This document shows, in pieces, positions 36,746 to 49,995 of a DNA stretch of 64,000 bases. This DNA is from Squalus acanthias (taxonomy: Eukaryota). Each line of letters opens with the position of its first letter. Positions within the stretch are counted from its first letter, which is position 1. The stretch is taken from contig CM059432.1 of NCBI GenBank assembly GCA_030390025.1, positions 45,138,001 through 45,202,000 of the forward strand, in the 5' to 3' direction. Below the pieces are notes generated by a model. It worked only from the letters and a program-made list of their open reading frames with translations, searched no databases and was not told the origin of the DNA. Made by a program: the position numbers and the translations under genes.

Positions 36746-39700
36746 GGGCTCGATTTTGTCATTGGGGCGGGCTGGGGGCGTGTCATCCGCTTTTCGTGTT
36801 AGCCACCCGACTCCAATTTGATGTGGGAAAAATATGCGATTTTTCCCTAATTGGGCAATTGATTTCCAGCGTGTGGGAACCACTGGCCCAATTAGTCTTT
36901 CCATTCTGAAACTCGCCTCCGATGACGTCATCAATGCTGCTGGATTTAAGGCCTGCAAGCAGCCTTGCTTCTTCTGCAGACTGCAAACCTTTTGGCCTTT
37001 GCTCTGATAGTTTCTTCCAGGCAAAATGTCCAGCAGTAGACCTCAGTCTGCACCGAGGTTTGATGACGCCGCCCTGCAAGCTCTGGTGGAGGGAGCAAGA
37101 GGGAATAAGGAGGTGCTTTTACCTTCTTCAGGGAGGAAGAAGCCTCCCCAGCAGATGAAGGCTGTGTGGATGCAAGTGGCCCAGGAGGTCAACTCCTTAT
37201 CTATGTGCCACAGAACCTGGCTGCAGTGCAGGAAGAGGTTTCATGACCTTCTGCGCACTGGAAAAGTAAGTATGACTTTCCCATCACTCTCAATCTGATC
37301 CCCATTGCCTCTCCTCACCAGCACTCAGCTTTGACAACCTCTTCCTCCACATCCCACTTGACACTGACATCCCTGCACCCTTACCCATTCCCTCTCTCTG
37401 TATGTTCACATTCACTTAACTATTCGACTATGCAGCCCTCACACTCCCCATCGCTGTGATGCTATGAAAGCAACTTATAACACACAGGGAGGGCCCTTGG
37501 TCTTGCCACCTCACTGAATCTTTGTCTCCTTCTATGCATCTATGCTATGGATTCTCTATACTCACTCCTTCATTCTCACTCAAACTCCTCTTGTCTCACT
37601 CATTGCAGGAAAAGAGAGCTCACAATAAGAGGGAAAGAGCGAGGACAGGAGGAGGGCCACCCTCAGTAGCCCAGCTCACCCCCTGGGAGGAGGCGGCCCT
37701 GGAGATCGTGGGAGTGGAGGACGATGCGCAAGTGGGGGACGGACAGACGGGTTCATCAGAGCAAGCTGGTCACAGAATAGTTTTTCATCTCTCTCATTGA
37801 CATTGCATGAGTCACTGATAATGATTCTGATGCTCTAACAGATTGACTTATGATCATCTGCAATATTCAATGTGCATGCAACCTTGGCCTCACATCTCTG
37901 ACTCTTTCCTTTACTCCCCCACAGGACCATCGAAAGCCCCCAACCCCACTATCCAGGGGGAACAGCCTGAGCCTCCAGACACCTCAGAGGAAGCTGCAAC
38001 CTCTGAGGGTGCAGCGTCAGCAGAATTCAGCGCACCCAGCACCAGCACAAACACTCACACCTCGGTGGTACATTCGCGAGATAGTGTAGTGTTGTCACCT
38101 GGTGTATCGCAGCTCACAAGTGAGCATCAGCAGATGGTGGATTCAGGGACAGCAGTGGAGAGTCCTAGTCGGAGGGCGCAGGACTCTGCCAGCTCGGCTT
38201 AGCTGCATGTCGACCCTCTGCCTCCGGGTCCATCCAGAAGAACAGCAGTGCTGGAACTCCAGGAAGAGTTGCAGGAGTCTCTGGCAGGTTTTGTCTCCAG
38301 GGTCGCTGCGAGTGTGGAGCGAATGATGGAGTCCATCGCTAACATGAGCAGAGCCTTTGTGGAGACGTTGGCGCATGAACGCATCACCACAGAAAGGATG
38401 GCAACCTCCGTGGAAAGGATGGCTACCTCCATGGTAAGGCTGGCTATGGTAGAGGAGAGGATGGCTATGGTAGAGGAGAGGATGGCAACGGCCATGGAGG
38501 AGCTTAGTCGCCAGGATATGGAAAACATGGTCATTGTTCAGAATACACTGACATCTCTTGAGGAGCGATGGTTAGCTAATGAGCAAACAAACCAGACCTT
38601 CAGGCAAGTCCTCGGGAGTAGGACTTCCAGTACAGAAATGGGTCCTCATGGCCCCACTGAAGTGCAGCAAGGTGCAGTCAAGCCACTTGCTAGCTCTGAA
38701 GTGGGGCAGACCCATGAGAGGGATGTTGGTGGCAGACAACAAGGAAGTGGGGGCTCCCCTACAAGCGCTCACACGACCATGCCACTGCAAAGTCCTCGGT
38801 CAGAGCCCCACCAGAGTCCCCACCCAACTGAGATCGGCGTCTCAGCCCCTGCACAGCCACAGGAGCAGCAGACTGTTGCCGAGCCCTCACAGGCTCGCAA
38901 CCCCAGAGGACGCCCGCCAAAGGTGTCGAGACAGGAGCAGCAAGAAAGTGAGCAAGGGGCCTCCACATCTGCTGAAGCCACAGGGGAAGCACCACGTAGG
39001 AGCACGCGTAAGAGGAAGATAATGCACAACTAGTCACAAGGGTAGTCACTTGGTTGAAATGTCATGTTTAATGGTGAAAAGCCATCAGTTGGTTATTGTA
39101 AATAAAAAATTCTGATGGCAACTGTTGCAGTTGAGGCGTCTGTCATATCGCTAATGGGACTTCCACACTGAGGGCTTAGGGCGACTTGCAATTGTCAGTA
39201 TGGTGGTCAGAGTGATAGGAATCCGCAAGTTCTTGGCCATTGTCGATGGTCTGATAAGAAGGTGCGAGGCAAAAGTGTATTATTGTGCAGGCTAAGCAAA
39301 TCTGGCCAAAAGGAGAGCGTCCCTTGCATCCCGGGCAGCAATGTGGTCGCACGCTGGCGCCTTCTGGCCTGTGCAGCTTCAGGTGGGTGAGCAGCAGCTT
39401 GGCGCTCCTGTTGATGCTGCTGCTGCTGGTGGTGCTGTTGTTCATGGATCTGTTGCTGCCACGGCTGGTCTTCGTCCGAATCTGATGTCCAGGAGGAAAG
39501 GAACTAAATGGTTCCCATGCTTCTGGTATATGCCTTAGTTGAGGAAGTGCTCATTCAAGGTGGCGAGAGGGGTTTTCCAGGAGTTCTCACTGGAGATGGG
39601 TGTCAGGCTCCAAACTTTCACAACAATGGGTATGCCTGCTAAAAGTGCCCCCAGACCTCAGACAACAAAGTTCTGCCACCTGCAAATGATGATTGCTGAA

Positions 39701-40048
39701 AACTCCTTTTTAATGGTGGAGCTGCAGCTGTTAGTAAGCAGTCCACGTGTGAGGCCACCAGGATTCACTGGCGTGTTTCAGAGGAGACGTGAACCACGTG
39801 GGAAAAGTGTTAAAATCAGAAAGGCCTCTCAAAATGGGATTAAAGAGGCACATAGCTGGTTGTTAAGGGCCTTAAGGGTCTATTCCACCTCTTGGAGGCA
39901 GGATGGAGACGGGGTCAGAAAACTCGCATTTGGAAAAATTGCTCGGAGGCGGGATGGAGGCGGGATCAGGCCCGCCCGCCATTTTTCACGATTTTAACAC
40001 CTCACATGCCTCAAATCTCGCCTCCTCGGGCCTGGCAAAATCAAGCCC
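36746..40048. mobile_element. Harbinger with full Myb gene but internally deleted transposase
   Basis: TIRs GGGCTCGATTTTG / CAAAATCAAGCCC; TSD ATA; only the first ~55 and last ~18 transposase codons remain (39292-39518). Confidence 0.92.
37026..39033 (+). pseudogene. Harbinger Myb/SANT-like DNA-binding protein, 3 exons (37026-37265, 37609-37768, 37925-39033), ~502 codons, one internal TAG at 38200
   Basis: APRFDDAALQALVE..W..VAQEV..RTWLQCRKRFHDL | EKRAHNKRERARTGGG. GT-AG junctions are frame-compatible and conserved in the copies at 54 kb and 62 kb. Confidence 0.85.
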
Positions 40049-40899
40049 ATACTGTCCATACTCAGTAAGCTTTAGTAACCCACTGTGGCTAAGATTACTG
40101 CTGATTCATTTTTAGCTGATACAGTCTGAAACCAGTGGGTTTGTATTCTTATTTTGATGATTATGGTTTGTGTAATTGGATGTTAATTATCTACTTTATT
40201 TATTCATAGGGTGCGAAGGGAAGGTGCAATCTGTGGTACCAATTATATCCCTGCATGTGGTAGATGATGTTTTTTGTTCCTAACACACATGTATCCTCTG
40301 CATTGTGGATAGTTGTTCCATGAACATTGGTACGTAGGCCCATATCTTCTTCCTTTGGAAATAGCTAACATAACTCTTAAAAAAAAAGTATGTCACCATA
40401 TATTAAAGGCTTGTCACAAAAACAGAGACTAGTGTAAAAACACAACTGAGGTTAATTAAAGCCAGTATTGGAACTGCTGAGATAACATTGGGAGAAAAGA
40501 ACAATGCAGCAGTGATAGCAAGGCTTTTTTCATTTACTTGAGGAGTCAGAGGAAAGGTCCCCTACCCAACCATGATCCCCTTTTACACCACTGCCCTTCT
40601 TTGGGGCAGACAGTAGTTGTGCCCCCAACAAATCCCTGAGAAAACTGGCGGAGAAGGCATTTCTGGGTCTCAACATAATTTGCAACCCTTCTACCACACT
40701 CCCATCAGATAGCAGGAGCGTGTTGAATGGCCCGCGGAAATTTGGGGCCATTCTCTTTATTGTTCATCCATCTTAACTAACCACATGGAGCTGTCAATCA
40801 TACAAACACTCCCAAGTCAGAGGGAACAGTCAGAGACCTTTTTGTGCTTGTCTATGGATGCAAAGTTATATCAATATCGATGCATGTCTTTTGAAGGGT

Positions 40900-41240
40900 T
40901 ATGTACAAAGGCAAAGACATTAATGATGAGCTAATTCAGCATTTTGCATCAATTTTCAATTCTGAAGGTGGTGCCATGGTCTCAGTATTACAGGATAGCT
41001 CTATAGCTAAAAATATTGCTTTAGAAAAAACTGCAGGTATGGTTTTAACTAAAGTTAGTGTGGTTGAGATTGATCATGCTGCAGGACTTAATGTCAATTC
41101 CCACACAATGCTCAGAGAAATGGGGGAGGTCATCTGGAAGCCATTGGCTGATATATTTAGTAGTTTATTAAGTTTCAGTTTGGTTTCCATGGCTTGGAGT
41201 TCACTTTATTTGAGAAGCCGAAAGTTGCTGGAAGGATGTT
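40900..41240 (+). mobile_element. Very degenerate CR1-like ORF2 fragment
   Basis: ELIQHFASIF..MLREMGEVIWKPLADIF. Confidence 0.5.
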
Positions 41241-41465
41241 AGGAAGAAACATTGTGACTTGAGCTACCCAGGTAGTACGGAAACGGAACTGCAAATATTG
41301 CCACCTTTTCTATGCATTTCTTGCAAAAATTTCAATGAGATAGCTTAAGGTATTGGCAACAATGGCATCAGAAGTCATACCTGGCCCAGCATTGACACAG
41401 ATAGAACTCTGTAAAGATGTCAGAATGAAGGTGATAGTTTCTAAAGAAGACGGGTGGGGGGGGGG

Positions 41466-41653
41466 GGAGCTGAAAGTGGACATAGGCGGGGGACACAAAA
41501 CAGGTGGAATCGCATCAGCCGCCCGTTATACGCCCTGCCCAATATTCAGTTCCATTGACTTCAATAGAACTGAGTATCAGGTGAGTCGTATAACGGGTAG
41601 AAATTGCGATTCCATCTGTTTTGTGACCCCCTCCCATGTCCAATTTCACCCCC
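41466..41653. mobile_element. Palindromic MITE (188 bp)
   Basis: Whole element folds back: CACAAAACAGGTGGAATCGCA / TGCGATTCCATCTGTTTTGTG; centre GTTCCATTGACTTCAATAGAAC. Confidence 0.85.
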
Positions 41654-41999
41654 TTTGTCTCATAACATTTATAATTATGTACAGGTCAGTAAAGAAAAGT
41701 CAATACAGCATGTATGAATCTTCCTGAATGAACCCTGCCAATGAAATGCACTTATGTGGCTTTAACAGGAAAAGGTGGTGTAAAACAATAGGGTCTGCAG
41801 TGACATCAGAAGATTGGCCACATAATGAAGTCCCTAACAACTATTGAACAAAGGATGCTAACATCCAGACTCGCCCACAATATGCCAAGTGTGCAGGTTC
41901 TGCACCGCAATTGTTGAGCCAATATAAACATCACACTGTCCGACTTGCCCAAATCAATGGTGAGCACAAAAATGAGCCCCCACCTCTTTATCACCGACA

Positions 42000-44900
42000 A
42001 ACATATGAACATACGAACATATGAATTAGGAGCAGGAGTAGGCCACTCGGCCCTTCGAGCCTGCTCCGCCATTCAATAAGATCATGGCTGATCTGATTAC
42101 TCCACATTCCCGCCTACCCCCGATAACTTTTCAAACCTTTGCTTACCAAGAATCTATCTACCTCTGCCTTAAAAGTATCCAAAGACTCTGCTTCCACCGC
42201 CCTCTGAGGAAGAGAGTTCCAAAGACTCACGACCCTCTGTGAGAAAAAAATTCTCCTCATCTCTGTCTTAAATGGGTGACCCCTTATTTTTAAACAGTGA
42301 CCCCTAGTTCTAGATTCTTCCACAAGAGGAAACATCCTCTCCACATCCACCCTGTCCAGACCCCTCAGGATCTTATATGTTTCAATCAAGTCACCTCTTA
42401 CTCTTCTAAACTCCAGCGGATACAAGCCTAGCCTGTCCAACCTTTCCTCATAAGACAACCTGCCCATTCCAAGTATTAGTCTAGTAAACCTTCTCTGAAC
42501 TGCTTCCAGCATATTTACATTCTTTCTTAAATAAGGAGACCAATACTGTACACAGTACTCCAGATGTGGTCTCACCAATGCCCTGTATAACTGAAGCATA
42601 ACCTCCCTACTTTTGTATTCAATTCCCCTCGCAATAAACAATAACATTCTATTAGCTTTCCTAATTACTTGCTGTACCTGCATAGTAACCTTTTGCGATT
42701 CATGCACTAGGACATCCAGATCCCTCTGCATCTCAGAGCTCTGCAATCTCTCACCATTTAGATAATATGCTTCTTTTTTATTCTTCCTGCCAAAATGGAC
42801 AACTTCACATTTTCCCACATTATACTCCATTTGCCAGATCTTTGCCCACTCACATAACCTATCTATATCCCTTTGTAGCCTCCTTATGTCCTCTTCACAA
42901 TTTACTTTCCTACCTATCTTTGTGTCATCAGCAAATTTAGCAATCATACCTTCGGTCCCTTCATCCAAGTCATTTATATAAATTGTAAAAAGTTGAGGCC
43001 CCAGCACTGATCCCTGTGGCACACCACTCGTTACATCTTGCCAATCAGAAAATGACCCATTTATGCCTACTCTCTGTTTCCTGTTAGCTAGTCAATCTTC
43101 TATCCATGCCAATATGTTACCCCCTACACCATGAGCTTTTATTTTCTGCAATAACCTTTGATGTGGCACCTTATCAAATGCCTTCTGGAAATCTAAGTAC
43201 AGTACATCCACCGGTTCCCCTTTATCCACAGCACATGTTACTTCCTCAAAGAACTCCAATAAATTGGTTAAACATGATTTCCCTTTCACAAAACCATGTT
43301 GACTCTGCCTGATTACCTTAAACTTTTCTAAGTGCCCTGCTATAATGTCTTTAATATTGGCCCAGAAATTCGCGTGGCCGGCTTGCCGTGGGGGTAAGGA
43401 TAGCGCGCGCTCTTACCCACCGCGCCTGCCGTTGTGTTTTGGGCCCACAGGAACTTCGGGTCCTGGGCCTCTCCCAAGAGCTGGCGCGCAGTGCTTGCGT
43501 GTTCCAGGGGCACAGTTAGTGCGATGCGACCCCTGGGATCACGTGGGCCATGGAGAGTCAATGGCAGCAGACCATCTTTCATTCATAGATTTGACAGGAG
43601 ACCTGTCAAATCTGTGAATTGAAATCGGCCCCAAAAGAACAGCTAAACTTAAAATAAATTTTAAAAAAAAACATCACATTTATAAAATAACTATAGTTAA
43701 ATAAATTAACCACTTTAAACAAAAATTTAAATTTTTGAAAAAATTAAAATACTTTTTAAAAGTTATAAAAATAAACTTACCTTTCTTTAAAGTATCTAAA
43801 AAAGATAAATCTGTTGAAAAAAATTTAAATTATACTTAATTAACCACTTACCTTGTTCAAAAGGGGTCTTACGCCTCCTTTTTATTAGCGTAGAATCTTC
43901 AATACTTACCCTCGCGTTGAAACCTGAAAAAAAATCTAAGTGTGCTGCGTGCGCGCAGCCTCTAGTGCGCACACGGTTCACCTAGGAACCGCCCCCTTCA
44001 CCATACCGGAAGTTCCGGTTTCCCGCGCATGCGCAGTGCATTCAGGAAACCGGCACTTCGGGAATCAATACGGGTGAGTACACACTGTGTACTCACGCGG
44101 GAAGGGCCGAATTTTTGGGCCAATAGCTTCTAACATCTTCCCTAGGACAGATGTTAAGCTAACTGGCCTGTAGTTTCCTGCTTTCTGTCTCCCTCCCTTT
44201 TTGAATAAAGGAGTTACATTCGCTATTTTCCAATCTAATGGAAACTTCCCCGAATCTAGGGAATTTTGGAAAATTAAGACCAACGCATCAACTATCTCAC
44301 TAGCCACTTCTTTTAAGACCCTAGGATGAAGCCCATCAGGACCCGGGGACTTGTCAGCCCGCAGCTCCAACAATTTGCTCAGTACCACTTCCCTGGTAAT
44401 TATAATTTTCTTGAGTTCCTCCCTCCCTTCCATTTCCTGATTTACAACTATTTCTGGGATGTTACTTGTATCCTCTATAGTGAAGACTGATGCAAAATAC
44501 CTGTTTAATTCAACTGCCATCTCCTTATTTTTCATTATTAATTCCCCAGACTCACTTTTCATAGGACAAACGGTCACTTTGTTAACTCTTTTCTTTTTTA
44601 AATATCTATAGAAACTCTTACTATCTGTTTTCATATTTCTAGCTAGCTTTCTCTTGTACTCTCATTTTTCTCTCCTTATTAATCTTTTAGTCATTCTTTG
44701 CTGTTTTTTATATTCTGTCCAATTTTCTGACCTGCCACCCATCTTTGCGCAATTATATGCTTTTTCTTTAAGTTTAATACTATCTTTAGCTTTTTTAGTT
44801 AACCACAGATGGTGGGTCCTCCCCTTGGAATTTTTCTTTCTTGTTGGAATGTATATATTCTGTGTATTTTGAAATATCCCCTTAAATGTCTGCCACTGCA

Positions 44901-45926
44901 ACTCTATTGACCTATCCCTTAACCTAATTTGCCAGTTCACTTTAGCTAGCTCTGCTTTCATGCCCTCATAATTGCCCTTATTTAAGTTTAAAATACTAGT
45001 CTTGGACCCACTCTTCTCTCTCTCAAACTGAATGTAAAATTCAATCATATTATGATCGCTGCTACCTAGGAGCGCCTTCACTATGAGGTCATTAATTAAT
45101 CCTATCTCGTTGCACAATACCAGGTCTAGTATAGCCTGCTCTCTGGTTGGCTCTAGAACTTGCTGTTGTAAGAAACTATCCCGAAAACATTCCATGAACT
45201 CCTCATCTAGGCTACCTTTGCCCATCTGATTTTTCCAGTCTATATGCAGATTAAAATCCCCCATGATTATTGCCGTACCCTTCTGACAAGCTCCCATTAT
45301 TTCTTCCTTTATACTCCATCCTACCATATGGTTACTATTAGGGGGCCTGTACACCACTCCCACAAGTGACTTCTTGCCTTTATTATTTCTCATTTCTACC
45401 CAAACCGCTTCTACATCCTGGTTTCCTGAACTTAGGTCACTTAGGTCATCCCTCTCTATTGTGCTAATACCATCATTAATTAACAGAGCCACCCCTCCAC
45501 CTTTCCCACCTTCCTGTCCTTCCTAAATGTCATGTACCCTTCAATATTCAGGTCCCAATCTATATCATCCTGCAGCCATGTTTCTGTAATGGCTATCAGT
45601 TCATATTTATTTATTTCTATTTGCGCTATCAGTTCATCTGTTTTGTTTCGAATGCTACGTGCATTCAGATGCAGAGCCTTTAGTTTTGTCCTTTTATTAT
45701 TTTTGTAACCTCTAGCCTTATCTGTTGATTTACTCTTAGATTTGTACTCTCTATCCCTTCCTGTCACAGTCTGTTTATCATTTCCCATATTAATACCTTT
45801 CTCTATTGCCTTGTCTCTAATCTTTGAATTACCACATCTTCCAAAATTTGATCCCATGCCCCCAATATTTAGTTTAAAGCCCTCTCTACTGCCCTAGTTA
45901 TACGACTCGCCAGAACACTGGTCCCA
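42000..45926 (-). mobile_element. CR1 LINE with nearly complete ORF2 (APE + RT), disrupted by stops, frameshifts and a Harbinger insertion
   Basis: ORFs 45480..45857, 44662..45492 (GVVYRPP, MGDFN, SDH), 44065..44634, 43092..43289 (LDFQKAFDKV), 42114..43022 (PQGSVLGP, FADD); 3' tail at ~42000. Confidence 0.95.
43359..44121. mobile_element. Non-autonomous Harbinger inserted in CR1 ORF2
   Basis: TIRs GGCCCAGAAATTCG / CGAATTTTTGGGCC; flanks ATT/AAT; inverted sister of 47172-47944. Confidence 0.9.
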
Positions 45927-46265
45927 TAAGAACATAACATAAGAACATAAGAAATAGGAGCAGGAGTAGGCCAATTGGCCCCTCGAGCCTGCTCCGCCAT
46001 TCAACAAGATCATGGCTGATCTGATCCTAACCGCCAATCTACTATCACAGAACCATCTTCTGAACCTAACAGAATTGGACACACGAAATAGGAGCAGGAT
46101 CAGGCTACATGGCCCCTGGGCCCGCTAAGGCTACGCACAGGGCCATGACCGATCCGAACCTAGACTCATGTCTAAGTTCCTGCCCGCTCCCCGTAACCCT
46201 TAATTCCCTTTACTTCTAGGAAACTGTCTATTTCTGTTTTAAATTTATGTAATGATGTAGCTTCC
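45927..46265 (-). mobile_element. CR1 3' end inserted into the ORF1 of the adjacent CR1
   Basis: AAGAACAT-repeat tail and GGAGCAGGAGTAGGCC; esterase codons resume at 46266-46410. Confidence 0.8.
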
Positions 46266-46411
46266 CAGCATGGTTCAGGTGAAGACCGTCCCAACGATAC
46301 AGATCCTACTTTCCCCAGTACTGGTGCCAGTGCCCCAGGAATCAAAACCCATTTCTCCCACACCAGTCTTTGAGCCACACATTCATCTCTCTAATTTTAT
46401 TTACCCTATGA

Positions 46412-46846
46412 CAAAGCCGTCTGCTTGATCGGGCCCACATCCACCAAATTAAACATCTCCACCATGTACCGCGGCAGCAGTGTGTACTATCCACAGGTTG
46501 CACTGCAGCAACTTGCCAAGGCTTCTTCGTCAGCACCTCCCAAACCCGCAACCTCCACCACCTATAAGGACAAGGGCAGCCGATGCATGGGAAGACCATC
46601 ACCTCCAAGTTCCCCTCCAAGTCACACACTATCCGAAGTTGGAGATATATCGCTGTTCTTTCATCGTCGCTGGTTTAAAGTCCTGGGACTCCCTCCCTAA
46701 CAGCACTGTGGGAGTACCTTCACTACATGGACTGCAGTGGTTCAAGAAAGTGCCTCACCACCATCTTCTCAAGGGCAACTAGGGATGGGCAATAAATACT
46801 GGCCTTGCCAGTGACGCCCATATCCCGAGAATGAATTAAAAAAAAT
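46412..46846 (+). mobile_element. 3' end of the non-LTR family seen at 8721-9685
   Basis: Collinear with ~9240-9685. Confidence 0.85.
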
Positions 46847-47171
46847 CAAACTGGACTTGAGCCTCAAAAAATTCAATAATCACACCCAATCAGCCCACAG
46901 CTTCCCGATGCACATTTTCACACTTGTTAAACAGTGCACCTACATAGAGACAGTGAAAGACATTCTGCTTAAAAACATTGGAGGGACACGTGCAGCAGAT
47001 GATATGTTCCAAATTCATGCTAGCTACGGGTTACAGAGCAGCTAACATAAACGGCTCACTGCTCACAAATACAGAACATCATTACTTTCAAAAGCAAAGA
47101 TAAATTGGTAACAGACAGATCAGAAAGATCCCAGATTTAATTGCTAGTCTGTATTGAGTTCACTGATAATT

Positions 47172-47944
47172 GGGCCAGAAATTCGGGTCTCCACGGGTGA
47201 GTACGCGCTGTGTACTCGTACTGTGTACCCGTAGACCCAACGAAAGTGCTGGTTTCGTGCATGCATTGCGCATGCGCTGGAAACCGGAACTTCCGTTCCC
47301 TTGAAGGAAGGGGTTTGGAGGTCAAACGCGTGCGCCGGAGAGGCAGTGCGTATGCATTGAACTTCCGCTTTTTTTTCAGGTTTTTCTCTGAGGGTAAGTC
47401 CCTAGCAGCTGCGCGGGGAAAAAGCAGGCGCAAGGCCTGCTTTTAACAAGTTAAGTGGTGAATTAAGTAAAATTTAAACATTTTTTCCACAGGTTTATCT
47501 TTTTTAAATACTTTAAAGAAAGGTAAGTTTATTTTTAGCCCCGTAAAAAACTGTAATTAATTTTTTCAAAAATTAAAATTTTTGTTTAAAATAGTTAATT
47601 TATGTAATTTATAGTTATTTTAAAAATGTGATTTTTAAAAAAAAATTATTTGAAGTTTTAGTTAGGTTTTGGGGCCGATCTCTATTCATAGATTTGACAG
47701 GTCTTCCTGTCAAATCTATGAATGGAGATTCCCTGCTCCGATTGGCTCTCCATGGCCCACGTGATCCCAGGGGACGCTTCGAACTAACTGTGCCCCTGGG
47801 ATACACAAGTACTGCACACCAGCAGCTGATGGAGGCCCAGGATTGGAATCCCACGCGGGCCCACAGCACAACGGCAGGCGCGCTAGGCAAGTGCAGGTTG
47901 GGGGCATGCACCCGCGGGAAGCCTCCGACCCGAATTTCTGGCCC
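47172..47944. mobile_element. Non-autonomous Harbinger (773 bp)
   Basis: Perfect 18-bp TIR GGGCCAGAAATTCGGGTC; TSD ATT. Confidence 0.93.
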
Positions 47945-49232
47945 ATTAACTAGTGTACCAGTAGTTGTGTTACAAGTGGCATCAGTGCCCTTTGTTAAGA
48001 AGTGGAAAATTATCCACAATTCCCATTCCTTATTGCTATCTCGCAACTTCTTCTTGAAGTGTGTATGTGCAGATGTCAGGTAAGGATCTGATTAGGCTCA
48101 CTTGCAGCACCATGCAGTCAAAGAGCCTGCCAGGACTCACCGTGAAGACTAATTATCTAATTGCATAAATAACTCCCACTGATATATAAATCTAAATATA
48201 TCAAATTATATAACCATATGGAATTACATAAAACTATAAATAAATACAATACATATAGGTATGTAAATATAAAAGTAAAACTAAAATTAAAAGAAAAGGA
48301 AGAATGCTTTGAGTAATTTAGGCTTAGGTGATGCTGCATTCAGAGGGCAGGATTTTCTGCTGGAGTTACATCAACTCACCAGTCTAACCATAGTAGAATA
48401 TGGTAGAAAATTGTTGGGTCAAACATGGCTGCTTTGTTTGTTATGACTCTTGGGTCTACTTGCTCCCTGCTATCATATAACTATTAATACCATGTAATTT
48501 CTACAAACCAATCAAATCATGCAAAGTGGATGAGGGGTCATTGACTGCCACTGAAGAGATAATCATTTTAATAATACTAGTGGATCTGCAGGGAAGTTGC
48601 TTATGGTGAGTCAGAGCCATAACCATTAATAATGGAGAAAAATATAGAAATGTAACTAATGAGAAAGAAAAAATTGGCAGGTTCAAAGGTCATAACATAG
48701 GTGACAGTCATGGCAGACACAAGAAATTTTGTTATTAAGAATTTTGATTCTGAAGCACATTCCAAAATAGCCAACCTTAAAACTGCATCTAATTATTGAG
48801 CTTTCACAGATAAAGTTGGTTGTACTTTCCAAAATGAGATTGCTTGCATTTATATTAGGAAGTGTCAATCAGTCATGAAAGTGTGGTGTCAGTGGGTTGA
48901 CTTGTACATGGTAGCAGTACATAGAGTTTTCTATTTAATATAACCCTATTACGTATCCAATAGAAACTTGTTAGCTTGTCTGTATGGGAGTGAGTGTACA
49001 AGAATTTAGATTTGTCTGTCTGAAATAAATCTATTTATAGCTGACAAATTTCTATTAGGTTGCTAGTCTGCCTAATGAAGTTGAAATGCTTTCTTGCCCA
49101 TCAAGTTGCTTCCATCGATAAAGCAGAGGGCATCAAGCAAGAAAGACATTTTTTTTAATTTCCTCTCTAAAGCTCTAGGACCAGTTGCATATGCACCTTT
49201 CCAGTCTTCAAAAGTATCACTGAAAATGTATT

Positions 49233-49962
49233 GGCCCATAATTTTCTGTCAAAATAACAGCGAGGCTAATGGCACTTGCCGTTATTTATGCACAAATGCT
49301 ACAGCAAATTCAGGCGAGGGTAGAAGCGAGGTTAAATGCAGAAATCCAAAACTTGCAGCCCGAGCTGCGCCCCTCCATCGTTGGTTTGCAAAAACGGCAT
49401 CACCGTCTGCCTCACCATTGAAATGCATTGAGTGACGTGAAGTTGCTGTACTTGCGCGGTAGATACAAACTAAACTCACCACAGTCTAAATACCCTTTTA
49501 ACAACGCGATAAGTGTTCATTACTGCCAGTCAACCTCTCTGGCATTGACAATTAACTATTGCAAGTGTGGAGTCCCATGACTTCAGGTTTTAATTGTGGC
49601 TGGAAATTTTAAAACGTAAACTTTTTTTAAAAAGTCTCTATTTTCTCTCTCCTAATCCAATCTTTCCTTCCCTCTCTATATTTCTCTTTCTGTACCTGAT
49701 TTAACATTGAATTCACCCATTCTAATTTACACTTCCTTCTCAGTCCTTGCGCTGTTCATTTCGCAATTCTTCAATCTGATTGGTTAAGGAGATACACAGT
49801 TGCATGTCCTGCTCACTCGGGTCCCAGATGTCCGGATTCCCTCACTGCGATGTTATCAGCTCGCACTTTCAGCAACTTGACACGCAAAAATTTAAAAAAC
49901 CTAAACGTGCAAGGGCAAGTCTTACTAATGCGAGACAGCCCTACCACAGAAAATTATGGCCC
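49233..49962. mobile_element. Non-autonomous Harbinger-like element
   Basis: TIRs GGCCCATAATTTTCTGT / ACAGAAAATTATGGCCC; TSD ATT. Confidence 0.88.
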
Positions 49963-49995
49963 ATTATTTCATATTCGCACATGCTAAAGCTTTAT

